This document shows, one piece after another, positions 25,233 to 38,816 of a stretch of DNA of 64,000 bases. The stretch is from Takakia lepidozioides (Eukaryota; Plantae; Bryophyta). The stretch's first letter is position 1; every line of letters starts with the position of its first letter. The DNA lies in contig CM060731.1 in NCBI GenBank assembly GCA_030704615.1, positions 57,350,001-57,414,000 of the forward strand, given 5' to 3'. The position numbers and the translations under genes are program-made. The notes under the pieces are model-generated. The model had not been told where the DNA came from, made no database searches, and saw only the letters and a list, made by a program, of their open reading frames with translations.

Positions 25233-28200
25233 GTGCCACTAGTTGTTGGGGATAGTGCCGGTTCGAGCACTAGCGATACTAGTAGGTATACGAGACGAGG
25301 TGTGCGGTTTAGGCCACCTTCACCTCCAGTGTCTTCTACAGAAGGTTTTGATTCGGATTGTGAATCAGGAGGACTCACACCGGCGGAGCAAGTTGTTTCC
25401 TTGCCATTGTTGTGGGACACAATGGAGGAGATGTATGGAGCTACCAAGGGGCCACGAAGGTACTCTAGGGCGGTGGGCACCATCGAGTTGGATGATTTTA
25501 TCCAAGAGTTTGATTTGCAGCAAATGCGCAATCTACAACTATTTACGCATTTTATGGCATGGGAGGGGCTATTTCAGCACCTTGAGGGGCCGCCTATGGA
25601 TGATTACCATGAATTCAGGCGGGGGCATGAGGTTGAGATCGAGGAGTGGTACTAGTCACCCGACTATGTCTCCATCACTAGGGGCACTAGAGCCACGAGG
25701 GCAGTGGCTACACCTGCCGCTGCACAGGCAGCTTCAGCAAGCAGCAGTGGGACTAGTGGGACTGGTGGTACTGTAGCTACGACGTCCACCCAAGCTACTG
25801 CTGCACCAGCACCAGTGGCGGTGCCTGCCTTCAACCCTGTTGTGGAGTTCTTCGAAGAGTTGAGAAGGAACTACCAAGGGGTGAGGACAGAGAAGTTGAT
25901 GAGCTTGCAAGAGTTCCAACGGAAGCCTACTAAGAGCTTGAGGGAGGCTTTCACTCGCATGAGGCGCTTGATTAATGTAACCCAAGGGGTTACGGAGGCT
26001 CAGGCAGTCCAATTCTGGTATGGGATATTGGACAAGGAGCTGATGAAAAAGGTGCGGGATGCAACTCTCCTACCAGCGGCCCAACCCACCTTAGCAAATG
26101 TGTTTTTGCTGGCAGAGCGGATAGAGCTCAACATGGTGGATGAATGAGTGGTCATGGTGGGATTTGCTAAAGAGGCACCACGGGGTAGTGGTGCTCCTAG
26201 CCAGCCACTACCTCAACGTGCTCAAGGCAACAAGGGGGCTCAGGTGAAGCCGAGGGAAGGGCAGAGAGGACCTCAGATGCAAGGGTCTCTCCCTTCATTT
26301 GCTGGCCAACAACGGGCAGATGTGGTGTGCTCGACATGTGGAGGACCTCATGTCAAGAAGGATTGCCCAGAGGGAGGCAATGGTTTGGCACCGGCACAGC
26401 CTGCACAGTTGCAGTGTGGACATTGTAGCAAGTACGGGCATGGAGAAGCCCAGTGCTATGGTTTGCATCCTGAGTTGCGCCCAGGCCAGTTCCAAGGGAA
26501 CAATGGTGGCCGGGGGCGAGGTGGAGCAGCCCAGAGAGGACGAGGTGGCCAGACACGAGGTGTAGGCCAAGGACGCGGAGGTCAAGGTGGTGACCAAGGC
26601 ATGGCCAACCGACTTCAGCAGCTAGAGTAGAGGCTCGCTGCCATGGCTACAGCTCAGGTGGTACCGGCTCCAAGGCCTGATGGTCCACCTCCTGCTCTTG
26701 AGGGAGGAGATATGGGAGGCATGGGATTTATGTGTGGAGCAGCACTACCATTAGTGCAGGTGGAGTCTATTGCAGCTGTGACTCGAGGAGCAGCACGAGT
26801 TCCTGAGCCACAAGGTACAGAGGTGGAGTTGGAGAGGCAGGCCGTCAGGCTAGGCTTCCTCAGTCATTCACATTGGCGGAGACAATGTCGACGCCATCCA
26901 TGGCACCTAGTTCTCGCCCGACTGTTACCGAGGCGGAGGTTACTATGCCATTGGGGAGAGCTACATGAGTAGTACCACTACCTAGTGTTGCCAAGGCTAC
27001 GGCAGTTAGTGTGTTGTTGGGAGCGGCCACATCTGTGTGCCAGGCTCCATTGTTCTCGACTACCATGATTGCGACGCAGGGGATAAGACCAGCTGAGGTG
27101 TTCAGGCTGGCAGCTACACTCTGTGAGAGTGGGGAGGTTACTTCATCTTCTGCGGAGATAGTGGGAGGTGTAGTGCTGGAGGGATCCTCGGATTTGAGGG
27201 TCCAGACTGCCACAGCGGCGCCATGGTAAGCTACAGCTGCCAGGTTGATGGAGCTGCCAGCTAGGCCAGCCATTGAGCGCGCCATGGTGACACCTGGAGT
27301 TGTCATGTTAGACAACCAGGATGGCATTTTCTGTTTGAGTGGACCGGCAGGCAAGAAGTACCGGCCACTGCGGGTCTTGTTGGACTCGGGAGCTCAGCCA
27401 TTGATGCTGGGTAGAGAGCTGCTATTGCAGGCTTGGGCCTCATGGAGGCGGATATGGAGCCTTTCCTTTCCAAATACAGACGTCTCTGGGAGGATCGGAG
27501 CAGGCTCGGGGCATGACACGACGTGAGTTGGCTATCAGACTACGGCCGGATCACCCTACAGATGGCTCAGTGATACGAGCCAAGGCCATTGTGACAGACG
27601 CGGTCTCATACGATGTCCTGGTTGGTGGGGCAGTGTTGTATCCCATGGGCTTCACCCTAGATTTTTGGGAGGAGTCAGCTTCCTATAGGCCTGGATGGCA
27701 GTCAGGGGAGGGCCGGCGTATACAGCTCCCTGTGACGTTCATAGGAGGAGTTGCGGTTGCCCAGCGGGGCAAGATGCCGACACTAGTAGCATTCACAGTT
27801 GTAGTGACTTAGCCTGGAGAGTTGCTAGAGGGCAACGCTCATTCAGAGGATGATACACCTCCAGGAGAGCAGGATGACATGTATGGTATGGCGGAGTTGC
27901 CTGCCATGGTTGCTCAGACTCCATTGTGGGGCTCGAGCAAGGATTTGCAGCGGGTTGCTGATCGACGGGTGCAACAAGCCTGGGTGGAGGCTTTTGTACC
28001 ATCGGGAGAGGAGGAGAGTGCGGGGATTGCACCAGTACCACCTCAATTGTCTCCATTGGACACCACACCTATTGTGTGGCAGTATCCGGATGAAGACATT
28101 TGTCTTCTGGACTTGTTTGGCGAGATCAGCACCGGATTGGCTGCTGTGTTACAGGTAGGTGTACGAGTTTGGCGTTACCTGTATGTGGAGAGGGATGAGA

Positions 28201-29490
28201 CTGCACGACGCATTTCACTTCGCCATGTTGCTCAGTTGGTACAGTAGTACCCTGAGTTGTTGCCGGTGTCTGCGGTTTGTGGATATGAGCAGGCCTTACT
28301 AGCAGACATTTCGTTGTTAGGGGCGCAGGATTTGGAGCGGGTTGGCTCCATTGATCTGGTAGTGGCAGGTTGCCCCTGCCAAGGGCATTCATCAGCCGGG
28401 CATGGCAATGGATTGTGAGACTCGAGGTCGGGTCTGTTTTGGGAGATGGTGCGGGTTTTGCGCCACTTGCAGCTTCATCAAGCTGTATATCTCCAGCATA
28501 CATCTTGGAGAATGTGCCACTGATGGGCGATTCTCGGGCCAGGGTGATGGCCAGTATACATCAAGTCCGGTCGTGGCTTGGGTTAGCAGTGTTGCTGGAT
28601 GCAGCTGCAATGGGGTCACGGGCTCATCGTCCACGGCTATGGTGGACTAACTTGATGCCACCCGCACTGCTCAAGCGTGCATTTGATAGGGTGCAGCGGC
28701 CAGCACACCTCACAGTGGATAATATTTTGGACACAGGGAGGCAGTCTCAGCGTGTGAGACACGATGACCGTTCGCCTTTGGCAGTGGTCAACAGGGTGGG
28801 TCAATCACGAACAGCATTACCTACACTGCTCAGCTTCCCAGGATCGCATGCTTTCCGGGATAGTGGACCTGGCCTCCTGTGGGATGCTCAGTTGCAGCAG
28901 TTAGTGGAGCCTAATGCTAACGAGCATGAGCGGGCAATGGGTTTTACCACTGGTACCACGGCGGTGCCGTCTCTTTCTGAGGCATCACGTCGTCAGGTGT
29001 TGGGGCAAGCAATGGATCTCAATTGCTTGACCTGGATTATCAGCTTGGCTATGGCTGAGCAACGCAGAGTGCGGAGTACACTTCCCTCGATGGTCTCTTT
29101 GCCTACCAAGACGGTACAAGCAGTGAGTGGGGGCAAGCATGAGAGAACCACGGGGTGCAGACATCCATGGCACACGTGGGAGGTGCTCGAGGTTCAGAGG
29201 GAGTTGGCAACCAGGGCGGCGGTGATGGATGAGGTTGGGGATTTTTCTCGGGTTGAGGAAGTCCTCGAGGATGAGATGATGGGGCAGGATGAGGCCTTGT
29301 CATTGACTGAGCAGGCAGGGAGTACTGCTCAAGAGGTTGCAACATAGCAACCACTGGACGCATCCTCTACCTCTAAGCCCACTGGACTTAGGGTTGCAAT
29401 TACGGAGGACAATTGGGAGCCTGACCATTGGACCCATTGTCAGTGGAGGAGAGAGACGATGTATACGGCGGTTCCTAAGGGCTTACAGGA
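25233..29490 (+). mobile_element. Degenerate Ty3/Gypsy-like gag-protease-C5 methyltransferase polyprotein; RT/RNaseH/integrase deleted
   Basis: Gag-like region, knuckles CSTCGGPHVKKDC and CGHCSKYGHGEAQC, protease VLLDSGAQP...DVLVGG, MTase motifs, then pre-RT-like LTIGPIVSGGERRCIRRFLRAY where similarity breaks; many in-frame stops. Confidence 0.8.
28095..29050 (+). pseudogene. Retroelement-encoded C5 cytosine DNA methyltransferase domain
   Basis: Motif I LLDLFGEISTG, II YLYVERD, IV IDLVVAGCPCQGHS, GL*DSRSGLFWEMVRVL, VI YILENVP, VIII AHRPRLWWTN, X RRQVLGQAMD in canonical order. Confidence 0.9.
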
Positions 29491-32066
29491 ATTGGTTGGA
29501 CATTCCCACTACAGAGCAGGTAGTGGCAGAAATTGAGAATGGTGATCTTCTCTATGAAAACTCTGGCTTGGTAAGGGAACCAGTGGTACCCAAGATGCAG
29601 AGTTTGTCAAAGGAAGTCCATGTTGTGCATGTGATACCCGAACCTGTGGCGGAGGTTCCAGGGGTAGACTGTTAGGGCACTACGGCATCTGTGGAGGATC
29701 AGGTGGTTCAGGAGTAGGATCTTGTTGGATCATGGCCTGATTGGTTCGTGAAACATCAAACTGTGGAGGATCAGGGAGAACAGCAGCAAGTACACCATGA
29801 AGACCCACAGCAGGCCATGCTTATGAGTTCCATAAGCAGGACACTCAATTTGTTGGGCACATATGTGAAATCCCATGTACCATTTACACAATTGGCAGCT
29901 TTGAGGGAGGAACTCAAGCAGGAGTTTGAGGCTAGAATTGCCACTAAGTGTGCAAACAAGGTGGATGTGGAGACCAACCTCAAGTTGCAGAAAGAGTTGG
30001 AGGACACGAAGGCTGCCTTGCAGCTAGCAAAGGGAAATCTGATTGAAGCGGGTCTGGAGCAGGAGAAGTTGCATGAAGCACACAAGCAATAGCTATACCA
30101 ATTGCAAATGAAGCATGAGGGCAAGTTGCAGGAAGTGAACGTGCTCCATACAGAGTTGGAGGCAGTTCATCAAAAAATGACTATCCAATGTGCCACACTG
30201 ACAACCGCCTTGGACCAAACTGCATTAGAAGTTAACAGACAAGCAGAGAGGTGTATGATGGCAGAGGTTGAGACAGTAGAGCAAGAGAAACTCATTGCTG
30301 ATTTGAGGGCTACAATCTGTCGCAATGAGGTTACTTTCCAACAAAACAGTCAGGTTGAGGCCGAGAAGGAAAGGTTCATCTTGAAGTTGCAGCAAACATT
30401 CACGGGCCAAAAGAATGAACTCTCTGTGGCTAACAAGCTTGGAAGGAAGCTAACAATCTAACTACTGCCTATGCCGCCCTGGTTGAACCTCATGCGAAGC
30501 GTATGGAGGCTTTACAACAACAGTTAGATATGTACAGACTCAAGGAGGAGCAGGTTCTCAGGGGTGCTACACAGGACTTGGTGGATAATCATCTTATGCA
30601 AGTATAGTTAACACAAGGGCCGGTGGAAGGAAAGGCACCAAGAAAGTTCACCCAGGGGGAGATGAATGATCTCAGATTGCAGGTGCAGAACATTGCCACA
30701 ACAACTATAGACAATGTCTATAGTATGATAACGGAGTTACAGGATGATGTGGAAGGGCTGTAGACTCAAGTGGATGACTTGAGTTCCAACATTGATAAAA
30801 AAATCTTTGTTCCTGAGGAGCAGCTGGTGGCTACTTATTTGCATGCCAGGACTCTGATTTTTCAGTCTTCATCACAGGAGGTGCAAGAGTTGCCAGCAGT
30901 AGGAGGGACAGTGGTGGCAATATCATAGCCCCCACAGCAGGTGGCTGTGCATGACACTGTTGATACCATGGCGAAGCCACAGTCTGAGGTTTGGGGGGAT
31001 GCTGCTTTTAACCCACCAAAGACTCCTGCTGCAGTACAATCGGGCTATGATTATGCCCTTCAACCAAATTCCCATTGTGATGGATTTGGCTTGGAAGGAA
31101 TTCAGTCCTCCACAGTCTCTGACACATTATTACCAGATCATGCGCATTTGGTTGCCAGTGGCAACTAGGACTAAGGTTCTTCCGAACAATCGACCCATTG
31201 AGGATCATCACTTTGCAAGGTACTGGTCTGAGGCAGGCACCATGCTGAAGGAATTAATTGCCTTCCAGGTTGTTCATGGGTACATCTACACCAAGACCAA
31301 TGAGGTATCTAGTATTGTCATGGGTTGTGGATTGTACTATGCTGCTTGTTTCATTGCACGTTATCACATTGAGCAGCAGAAGATGCAGTCAAGATTTCCG
31401 AGTTATTCCAGTGGAGATCATTGGGTCTTACCTTCAGTTCCACCTCATATGTACCTGTATGATGCGAAAGTCATGTTGCAGAAGGATTCCCAACTTCGTT
31501 CATGGTTTAATTTGGCTTGGACCAACTTGACCAAGGAAAAATTGGGTCCTGACGATATCTTTTATAAGGGACATGAAGCCTGGAAATACTTACACTGTTC
31601 CAAAGTCGTGGGCACACCTCTCACCTATACAGCCAAGGAGTTCAGGGAGTTCAGGGAGTTCACTCATTTTGCTTGCAAGCGATTAAAGCAAGTAGTACAG
31701 TTTAAGCTTCCAGACATGGTCGGTCAACACTGTATGCCACGCAGGATTCCGGAAGAGCCACTTAAAGTTCGGCCACCGAAACACCTCAGGGGGGAAGATG
31801 ATTCTGATACTACTGGTTCTATAGAGCAAATTTTTGACATGGCGGAGGACTATGCACTACAGATGGCAGAGAAGAAACGACGGGGATCTCCTATGCCTGA
31901 GAACTTACCTCGTTATCAACCACAGGAGGGTCAGACATTTCCATTTGGTGTTCAATCGCCTCCATCAGCCAGTGACAGAGCTCGGGCTCGCACACAGAGG
32001 CCTCCAAAGGACTCTCACCGTCAGAAGGGTGCTCGCTCACAAAGGTTTACTGATCCTAAACAGTAA
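29490..32066 (+). pseudogene. Additional 3' ORF(s) of the retroelement (coiled-coil region plus unknown 371-aa ORF)
   Basis: E/Q/K/L-rich frame 29.7-30.9 kb broken by TAG stops; ORF 30951-32066 ends just before the polypurine tract. Confidence 0.5.
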
Positions 32067-32087
32067 ACCGTGAGGACACGGCTTTTT

Positions 32088-32110
32088 GAGAGGGGGAGGG
32101 GTAATGTTAG
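32088..32110 (+). promoter_or_regulatory. Polypurine tract and probable start of 3' LTR (TG at 32105)
   Basis: GAGAGGGGGAGGGG-TAA-TGTTAG directly after the last ORF. Confidence 0.65.
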
Positions 32111-32244
32111 AGGGTTGTCTGGGACTTAGACACTTTTGTGGGCTCTGTGGGGTACCCTTAATTTTTGCGCAGACTTTCAGATGGTAGACTTAGACCAACA
32201 GAGGCCTTAGGGGTGACAGGCACGGGCTTTAGGGGTGGTAGATA

Positions 32245-32425
32245 GTCTTACACAGTCGTATACAGCCTTACACAGCCATACACAATCTTACACAGTCTGT
32301 CACAGTCAATCACAGCCAGTCACAGCTCGACACAACACGACAAAGCCCGACACAGCTTTACACAGCCAGTCACAGCTCGGCACAGTCTCAGCCCGACACA
32401 GCTTGGCATAGCCCGTCACAGCATA
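32245..32425 (-). repeat. ~10-bp CACAGC minisatellite, inverted relative to 24450-24730
   Basis: CACAGCCAGT/CACAGCTCGA/CACAGTCTGT with 10-bp period. Confidence 0.8.
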
Positions 32426-35015
32426 CGAAAGGAACGGTTATCATTGGCAGGGAACGACTGTGTGGGAACGACATCTGCAGAGGGAACGTGTTTACTTCTT
32501 GAGATGACAGTTAGTTAGTTAGGCGGTTAGAACAGCTTGCGGGGAGATTATGCAGAGTAGCAACTTGGAGAGAGGGGGCTCTCGGGGGGCACTTCTTGAT
32601 CAGGAGCAGATGAGATCAGACGGAGAACACGAACTGAAGCAAGGATGGAGAGTACAGGGATGAAGGGGACGCGGTCTGCTTGTTTTGACGAATACAAGTT
32701 GTAGAGTTAGACTGTAGAGCAAATTAAGGACACCATGGCTTCAGCCTGATACATGACAAATCTTAATCTGACACCTATTCGATACAATCACACTTATTCG
32801 ATACAATCACACTGTGTAGAAAGACTTGAGTGAAGCTGTGGAATGAATGGATGAGTGAATGGAACCTGAAAGATTACTGAAGCAATATGATGCTTGAGTA
32901 TACACAACAAGGTAATTTGTTAACATGAAAGCAAGAAGAAATACGAACAGGAAGCACAACCATGATACACTAGCTGTAGGTCATGACTGATTGTTCTGAG
33001 TGGGCTGAGTGCTTAGAGATATCCAACTCTTCTATCTTGGAGTTCTCACCTCGGATAGCAAAGGGATGGGTGAGTAAAAGCCGCTCAACAATCCCAAAGC
33101 TCTATAATTTGCTGAACAAGTCTGGCTTTGGGTGAAGGGTGATTTGAATTCACTCTCCTTTACCTTCAACCTATGGCTTGCTGCAGCAATGGTGGGAGGG
33201 GGGAAGCTCACTACCTATACTGAACTGCCATAGCTTATGAACTCTGGTTAGGTATGGACCATTGTCTGGGGTGGTTCTTTTGCCATTATTTCTATAATGC
33301 AATTGAGAGACATGGGTTAACTATCAGTGGCGAGGGTGTGACAGTGTGGCCATAATTTTGGGAATGCTACTGTTTAGTTTCTGAATACTACAGACATTCT
33401 TGCTTGTTTCAACATAATGCAGCGATGTGAGTGGAACTGCCCTTCCCTACCTTCTTTTCAATGAAGACAAGGTATTGAATTACAGATTCTTCGAAAACTG
33501 TTTACTCTGCACACCCCAAAGAGAAGAGAAACATGACCTCTTGTCACATCTCCTTTGATGGTGCAGAAGTAATATATCAACGTTGTGCTGGAGTGAAATG
33601 TTGAATTGAGAAGCTATCCTGGATGACACATTATTGTAAGAGTATTTAATTAACTGCCAATTGCAGTTTCAATCTAACCCTGCCTGTGGGTCCTACCCAA
33701 ATCCATAATTTTAACATTATTATGTAGTCTAAAATCCAGTCTTACCAGCAGCTTTGTTAAGCTGCACCTTAAGCAGGTTAAGTACAAGTGCCCTTGATGG
33801 TGAGAGAGCACCACTAGACCTGCACTCTAAAAGTGAAGGTGTCTTGTCCAACTGAGCTTTCAGGGGAAGACACAAGAGCAGCTGATTCAAGTGAGCTTGA
33901 TGCCTGGGAAAGCGGGCATTCAGGGTGCCTTCTGACATCTTTTCTATTCAATCCATACATGCTACAGTGTTGTCCTTATGCACACTTAACTCTTGTTCAG
34001 TTAGGACCTACAAAAGTTCCACCCTTCAGCATACACAACGCTCGAAAACAGATAAGAGGCACTATCTAACTGTCAACTGCAGTTGAACCATTGACACTTG
34101 TACACACAACAATTGGGTGGTGGAAGCAGACAGAAGTATTAACCAGCTTATCAATCTTCATCCAAAATTTCTTAACCTCTTTGGCAAGACTACTAATAAT
34201 AATTATCTTTCATTTCAAAACTCATTTATCAATTTCAGCTTTGAATATTCCATTCATCCATACCAATTTTAATGTAAAAGATTCAAGAAAGTTCATTGTT
34301 CATCTATCAATTTCAACATATGTAGTTTTGAATATTAAATTGATCCATACCAATTTGAATGTAAAAGATTCAAGAAAGCCTTCTTCGTCTTGCATACTGG
34401 TTGTGTGGCCCTTCAGGAGCAGCAAGTCCATCAGCACATTTGTCAGCAGTGGATAGTAGGTATGTAAGATACCAAGATGACAACAGAAGACATTGATGGC
34501 TGCAATCAAGAGGAGTCTACTCCACCTTTGCGGGTAGCTGTCTTTCCCAGGGAAATTCAGGCTAGAGGGCCGCAATTTGCCTTCCCCCCACGTTTTGGAT
34601 CACCTACAACACCTTCTACTTCTAGGCCGCGTACTCCCCGCCCTAAGCAGATTGGCAGGAGGATTTACTTTTGGCCCAGGTCTGCCCAATGGACTCAAAT
34701 CAAAGGCATACTGGTACCTCTTTTGGTTGAATGGCCAAAGGACCTCCCCTCAGTGCTAGTATCTCTTCCTGCATCAACTATTTGGGGAGGGTTCACTTAC
34801 CCAGAGCCATTTTCAGTGGACAGTGTAGAGTTCCAGGTTGCAAAGTCGTTTTCAACTCCTCCAACTGCCTCGGGCCTTTTTTTCAAGAGGTCAAAGAGAC
34901 CACAAGGATCAGCCCCTCATAGGGGCTACATCCTCCAGCCCTACCGGTGTGAGGAGGGAACCTGTTGGGGAAAATTGCCATCCCAGGCCTTTGTCATCTA
35001 TTGCCCAGATAGCCT

Positions 35016-36148
35016 TCAAAAATGAGAAAGATAGTATGCCAACAATGCGTCATCTACCTTCTCTCGGGCATCAAGTAAAGAAGATTCCTCCTCCCTCCTG
35101 TTTTCTGTGGTTGGCCTACACATAAGACCTAGTTGGCTCTTTGTGAACTTAGTGAAGGCAGGATCTTGGAGGATTGTGTCAACATCCAACAGCGCCAAGG
35201 CAGGATCCTGGCCTGTTCTAACAGAACCTCCCCCATAAGTGTTAACAAGTGAACTCGCTTTGGCACGTATGACATCATCGGTGATACGCTTCATTGCTGC
35301 CTCAAAGTCATCCCAATTAGTCCAGAAAGGCCTGGCCCTCAATTCAAACTCCCGCTGAATATCAGTAGGTGTGTACATAGTCATAGTAGGGTGCATAACC
35401 ACTTTGGTGAGATGAGCCTCAGAGCTCACCACACCTCTCGTCAGGTACCGCCTCCTAGTAAGGTCTTGACATACTTTCAGGAGAACTTGGTCTTTTTTGT
35501 CCGTGTCATCCCCCATCATAAAGTTTTCAAAGTCTGTGAAGGCGGCCCAAAATGCTTTAGATCTGACTTCATCACGAGGGTCAGAGTCGTGATGTTTGTC
35601 CAGGGCTTGTTTTCATTTATGGCTTGAAAGTAAGCATCCTGACACTCGACCCACCTCTCTTGCAAGTTGAAGAGGTGGATGTCGATATGTATGGGTGCAT
35701 CTCCCAAGTGGACAACGTCATTGTCTCCCTGTGAAGATGTAGCTCCGAAATCATGTACAGGTGAAGCTCCCTCTAGACTTGCATGCAAGAGAAACCTAGA
35801 TTCAGAGGGAAAGTGGATGGAATTAGAGGTACCCTGCCCAGTTCTTTGAGCAATCGAAGGATGCTGGGATGCACTTGCATCAGAAGAGGAACCTGTCACC
35901 ATGAGCCGAGGTCGGGGGCGTCCCTGCATCAGTTCTTCAAAATCATCATCGGAGTTGTCTGTTGTTGCAGGTCCATGAAATGGAGGTGGCCGTTGAAGTC
36001 GAAGACGAGATGCTTGGGTGGTAGGAGGTAGCACTTGCAGGTGATTGGACCCAGCTACAACTATTTCAGATCCAGGAGGGTCAATGGGGCGTCGTAGAAA
36101 CTCTGTATAGGCGGCAACCCCCTCCCTTGGCATAGTAGTGGGGTACAA
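35016..36148 (-). other. Two abutting unknown ORFs (210 + 167 aa), probably one frameshifted gene
   Basis: Overlap by ATGA at 35516-35519; protein-like composition; no motif recognised. Confidence 0.35.
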
Positions 36149-36746
36149 CCATATGCTCAGGACCTCTACACAGATTCAGGACACATATCCAGGTACATGT
36201 GTACTACTATGTGGCATATGCCTACTATGCCACCACTCTGGTTTAAGCCAATCCTTGACTTCCTTGTTCAGACTGGTTCATTCATGATGATCAATGCCTA
36301 CCGCTACTTTGCATATAGGGATAACCAGAAGGTCATTCCCATTGATTCTGCAATCCTAATGAGCCTAGGGCACATTATTCTGACTACTTTTAATGCCTGT
36401 TTCATGCCCTATACGTAGGTACACCAAGGAGTTTCTGATATTTGCCACACACTGGGGGGACGGTTTGCGCGCCAACAAACTCTGCTACAGACCAAAAATC
36501 AACTATGTTCACGGGAGTGGAATAGAAGAGATGGGGACAATTGACGAGAATGGTTTGAGAGAGAGTTGGTTGATGAACATTTGGAAACAGTTCTGGTCCC
36601 TCCCTTATGTAAGAATACGCTCCCTGCCCACTAGGAAGCCTAGGAAGCCCCTTCTAGTTTGAAGTGCCCTTTGTGCCACAACTGACAGAGGGAAACCCAA
36701 AGAGACAAGAAGACAACACAAAAAATAGATAGCGAGAGCAAGATAC

Positions 36747-37031
36747 CTTTCATGAAGGAAAGAGATGAGCCAGCATTGGAGGTTGCAAAGGACAACAGTG
36801 AGGAGCCAGCCAGTAGAGGCTGCCACCACTGCCACCACTGCCCCCTGATGATGGTGGCGTGGTGTTGCCAGTGGCTGAGGTGCCCATACCCATAGCATCA
36901 CCATGTGCATCTTCAGTTGTGGGCTTCAGACCAAACACGTGAACTGTGCCTTTGTCACTGGAGAGCCCCAGCCATTGAGCATTTGCTGAGAAAGCCATAC
37001 TGTAAATGTTTTGGTCAGCTCCTCGCCGAAG
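36747..37031 (-). pseudogene. ATG18: Isolated ATG18 (PROPPIN WD40) exon
   Basis: AG|[36 protein letters not shown] ... (frameshift) SSLSFMKG|GT; neighbouring exons not found. Confidence 0.85.
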
Positions 37032-37619
37032 CTGCTCACAAAACCACAGGGCTCTTTAGTATCTCTACAATAACATACTTCTATATCCCTTCTATGACTG
37101 TCAATCCATTGGCATCACAGCCAATCATGGTTGGTTTGCTGTCTTTCCTGAATGCAACATGGAAAGAAAGATTACAACAATTTTGGTCTGGTTACAAGGA
37201 GTTCACTCATCTAAGGATCACTTTGTTTTGCCGGCGATGTGCTGTTTAAGTTCCCAATGTGCACTTCACTCTTAAAAGGAAGCGCTCACTTTTTTTTATA
37301 TCAGAACCAGACCCTATGGTTTGGGAGATCTCCACGTCATTGTTCCAACAGAGCCACTTTGCTATTTTTGCAATCTCCCCTGTCGAGCAGTTGGGGTGAG
37401 ACTGACAGATTTCGATATAGAGAATTGCATCTACAGAGTGAGAGAAAATGTGGCTAGTGAGGAGGGAGAGGCAAAAAGACAGACTTGTGGATTTCACTAC
37501 ATTTCTTTAATCTCCAAGGTGTGCATGTGGACAGTTGTTTGTGTGCATCAAAAATTCAACCTTACTGATAGCTTTCATCAGGGACCTCTTTCATCTAGAG
37601 GTAGCTTCCATGAAGGCTA

Positions 37620-38816
37620 GGCTGGGGTGTGTTACTAAGTGTTTGGTGTGGGGGTCCCTTGCAGAATCATCAAGGGATATTTGAGTATCCTGATAACAGC
37701 CACGGAAAAATCTTGCATCCCAAGAGTGATGAAGATATCTTGAGGCCTGAGCAAGTAGACACGGTAAGTGCCATAATCAGCTACATCTTTAAGTTTTTCA
37801 AATCAGCCCTGGTAAAGTCAACTTATTTACGTTAATTGTAATTGATGTGCACATTGTGTCATCCACAGGCACAGATGCTAGGACACCTCTTCATGATTGC
37901 CTCATGTGGACTGGAGGTGTCTAGGAACTTTTCATTTGCAACACTGCTGATGATATGTGATCAAGTCCCTTCTTCAATGGACTTGTCAAAGGGGGTGTGT
38001 CCCAAGCTCCGCGGAGACTTGGAGCGGGATTTCAGATTGGGATGGACTTCAAAATGGTCATTTCTTCAGCAGCTGCGCAAATCTAAGAACTATGAAGCTG
38101 CGCAAGAGATTGTCCACCAACTGGCTGCAAATGAATTGAACGAGGACCTTGGGTGGAGTTTTGAAAGTTTCAAACTGGATGAAGAAACTTGGCCTTCACA
38201 GGTATTGTCTTATATGCAATGAAAACAAATGCACAAAAACAATATTTGTGCTTCAATTGCTTTTGATTGATATTTTCTGTCTTGATTGGTGGCTTCTAAC
38301 AGGTGGAGGATAAGCTAGGAGCGATTGTGTACAGTCACCTTTTCAGTGGAAGGGAGACGGTAGGGAAAGCCCTACGCGAGGGCATTTACATGTCAGTTGC
38401 AACAGCTCCAACGTCCCAAGCAGTAAAGGAGAAATTGAAGGATTCTCTTCGAGACCGTCTGAGCCCCGAGAACCTCAGGGTGGTCTTCAATGGCGCTTGT
38501 GCCATTGAGGCACAACACTTCCTAAGGAAATGCAACTTTTGCTCGTCTGTGGATAAAACACAGCAAGACTTTTTTCAAAAGTTGCATTGAGAAGATGACC
38601 TACACCGAGCAATCGCGCCTCTCTGTCTTCATCACAGGCCTCGAGTACTTTGGAGGCAAGGAGATTACCATCGACCTGTTAAACAGGATGGACGAGCCAT
38701 GTGTTCAGGCGTCCACTTGTTTTTCACAGCTGTATCTCCCTCCTTACAAGGATGGGGACATAATGCTGAGAAAGATAAACTACTCAACTATGGACACTAG
38801 CTATGGGAGACCTTAG
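37620..38816 (+). pseudogene. Divergent HECT-domain E3 ligase fragment
   Basis: RLSVFITG...QASTCFSQLYLPPY...LRKINYS...SYG C-lobe with catalytic Cys; introns ~37764-37869 and ~38202-38302; frameshift ~38580. Confidence 0.7.
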
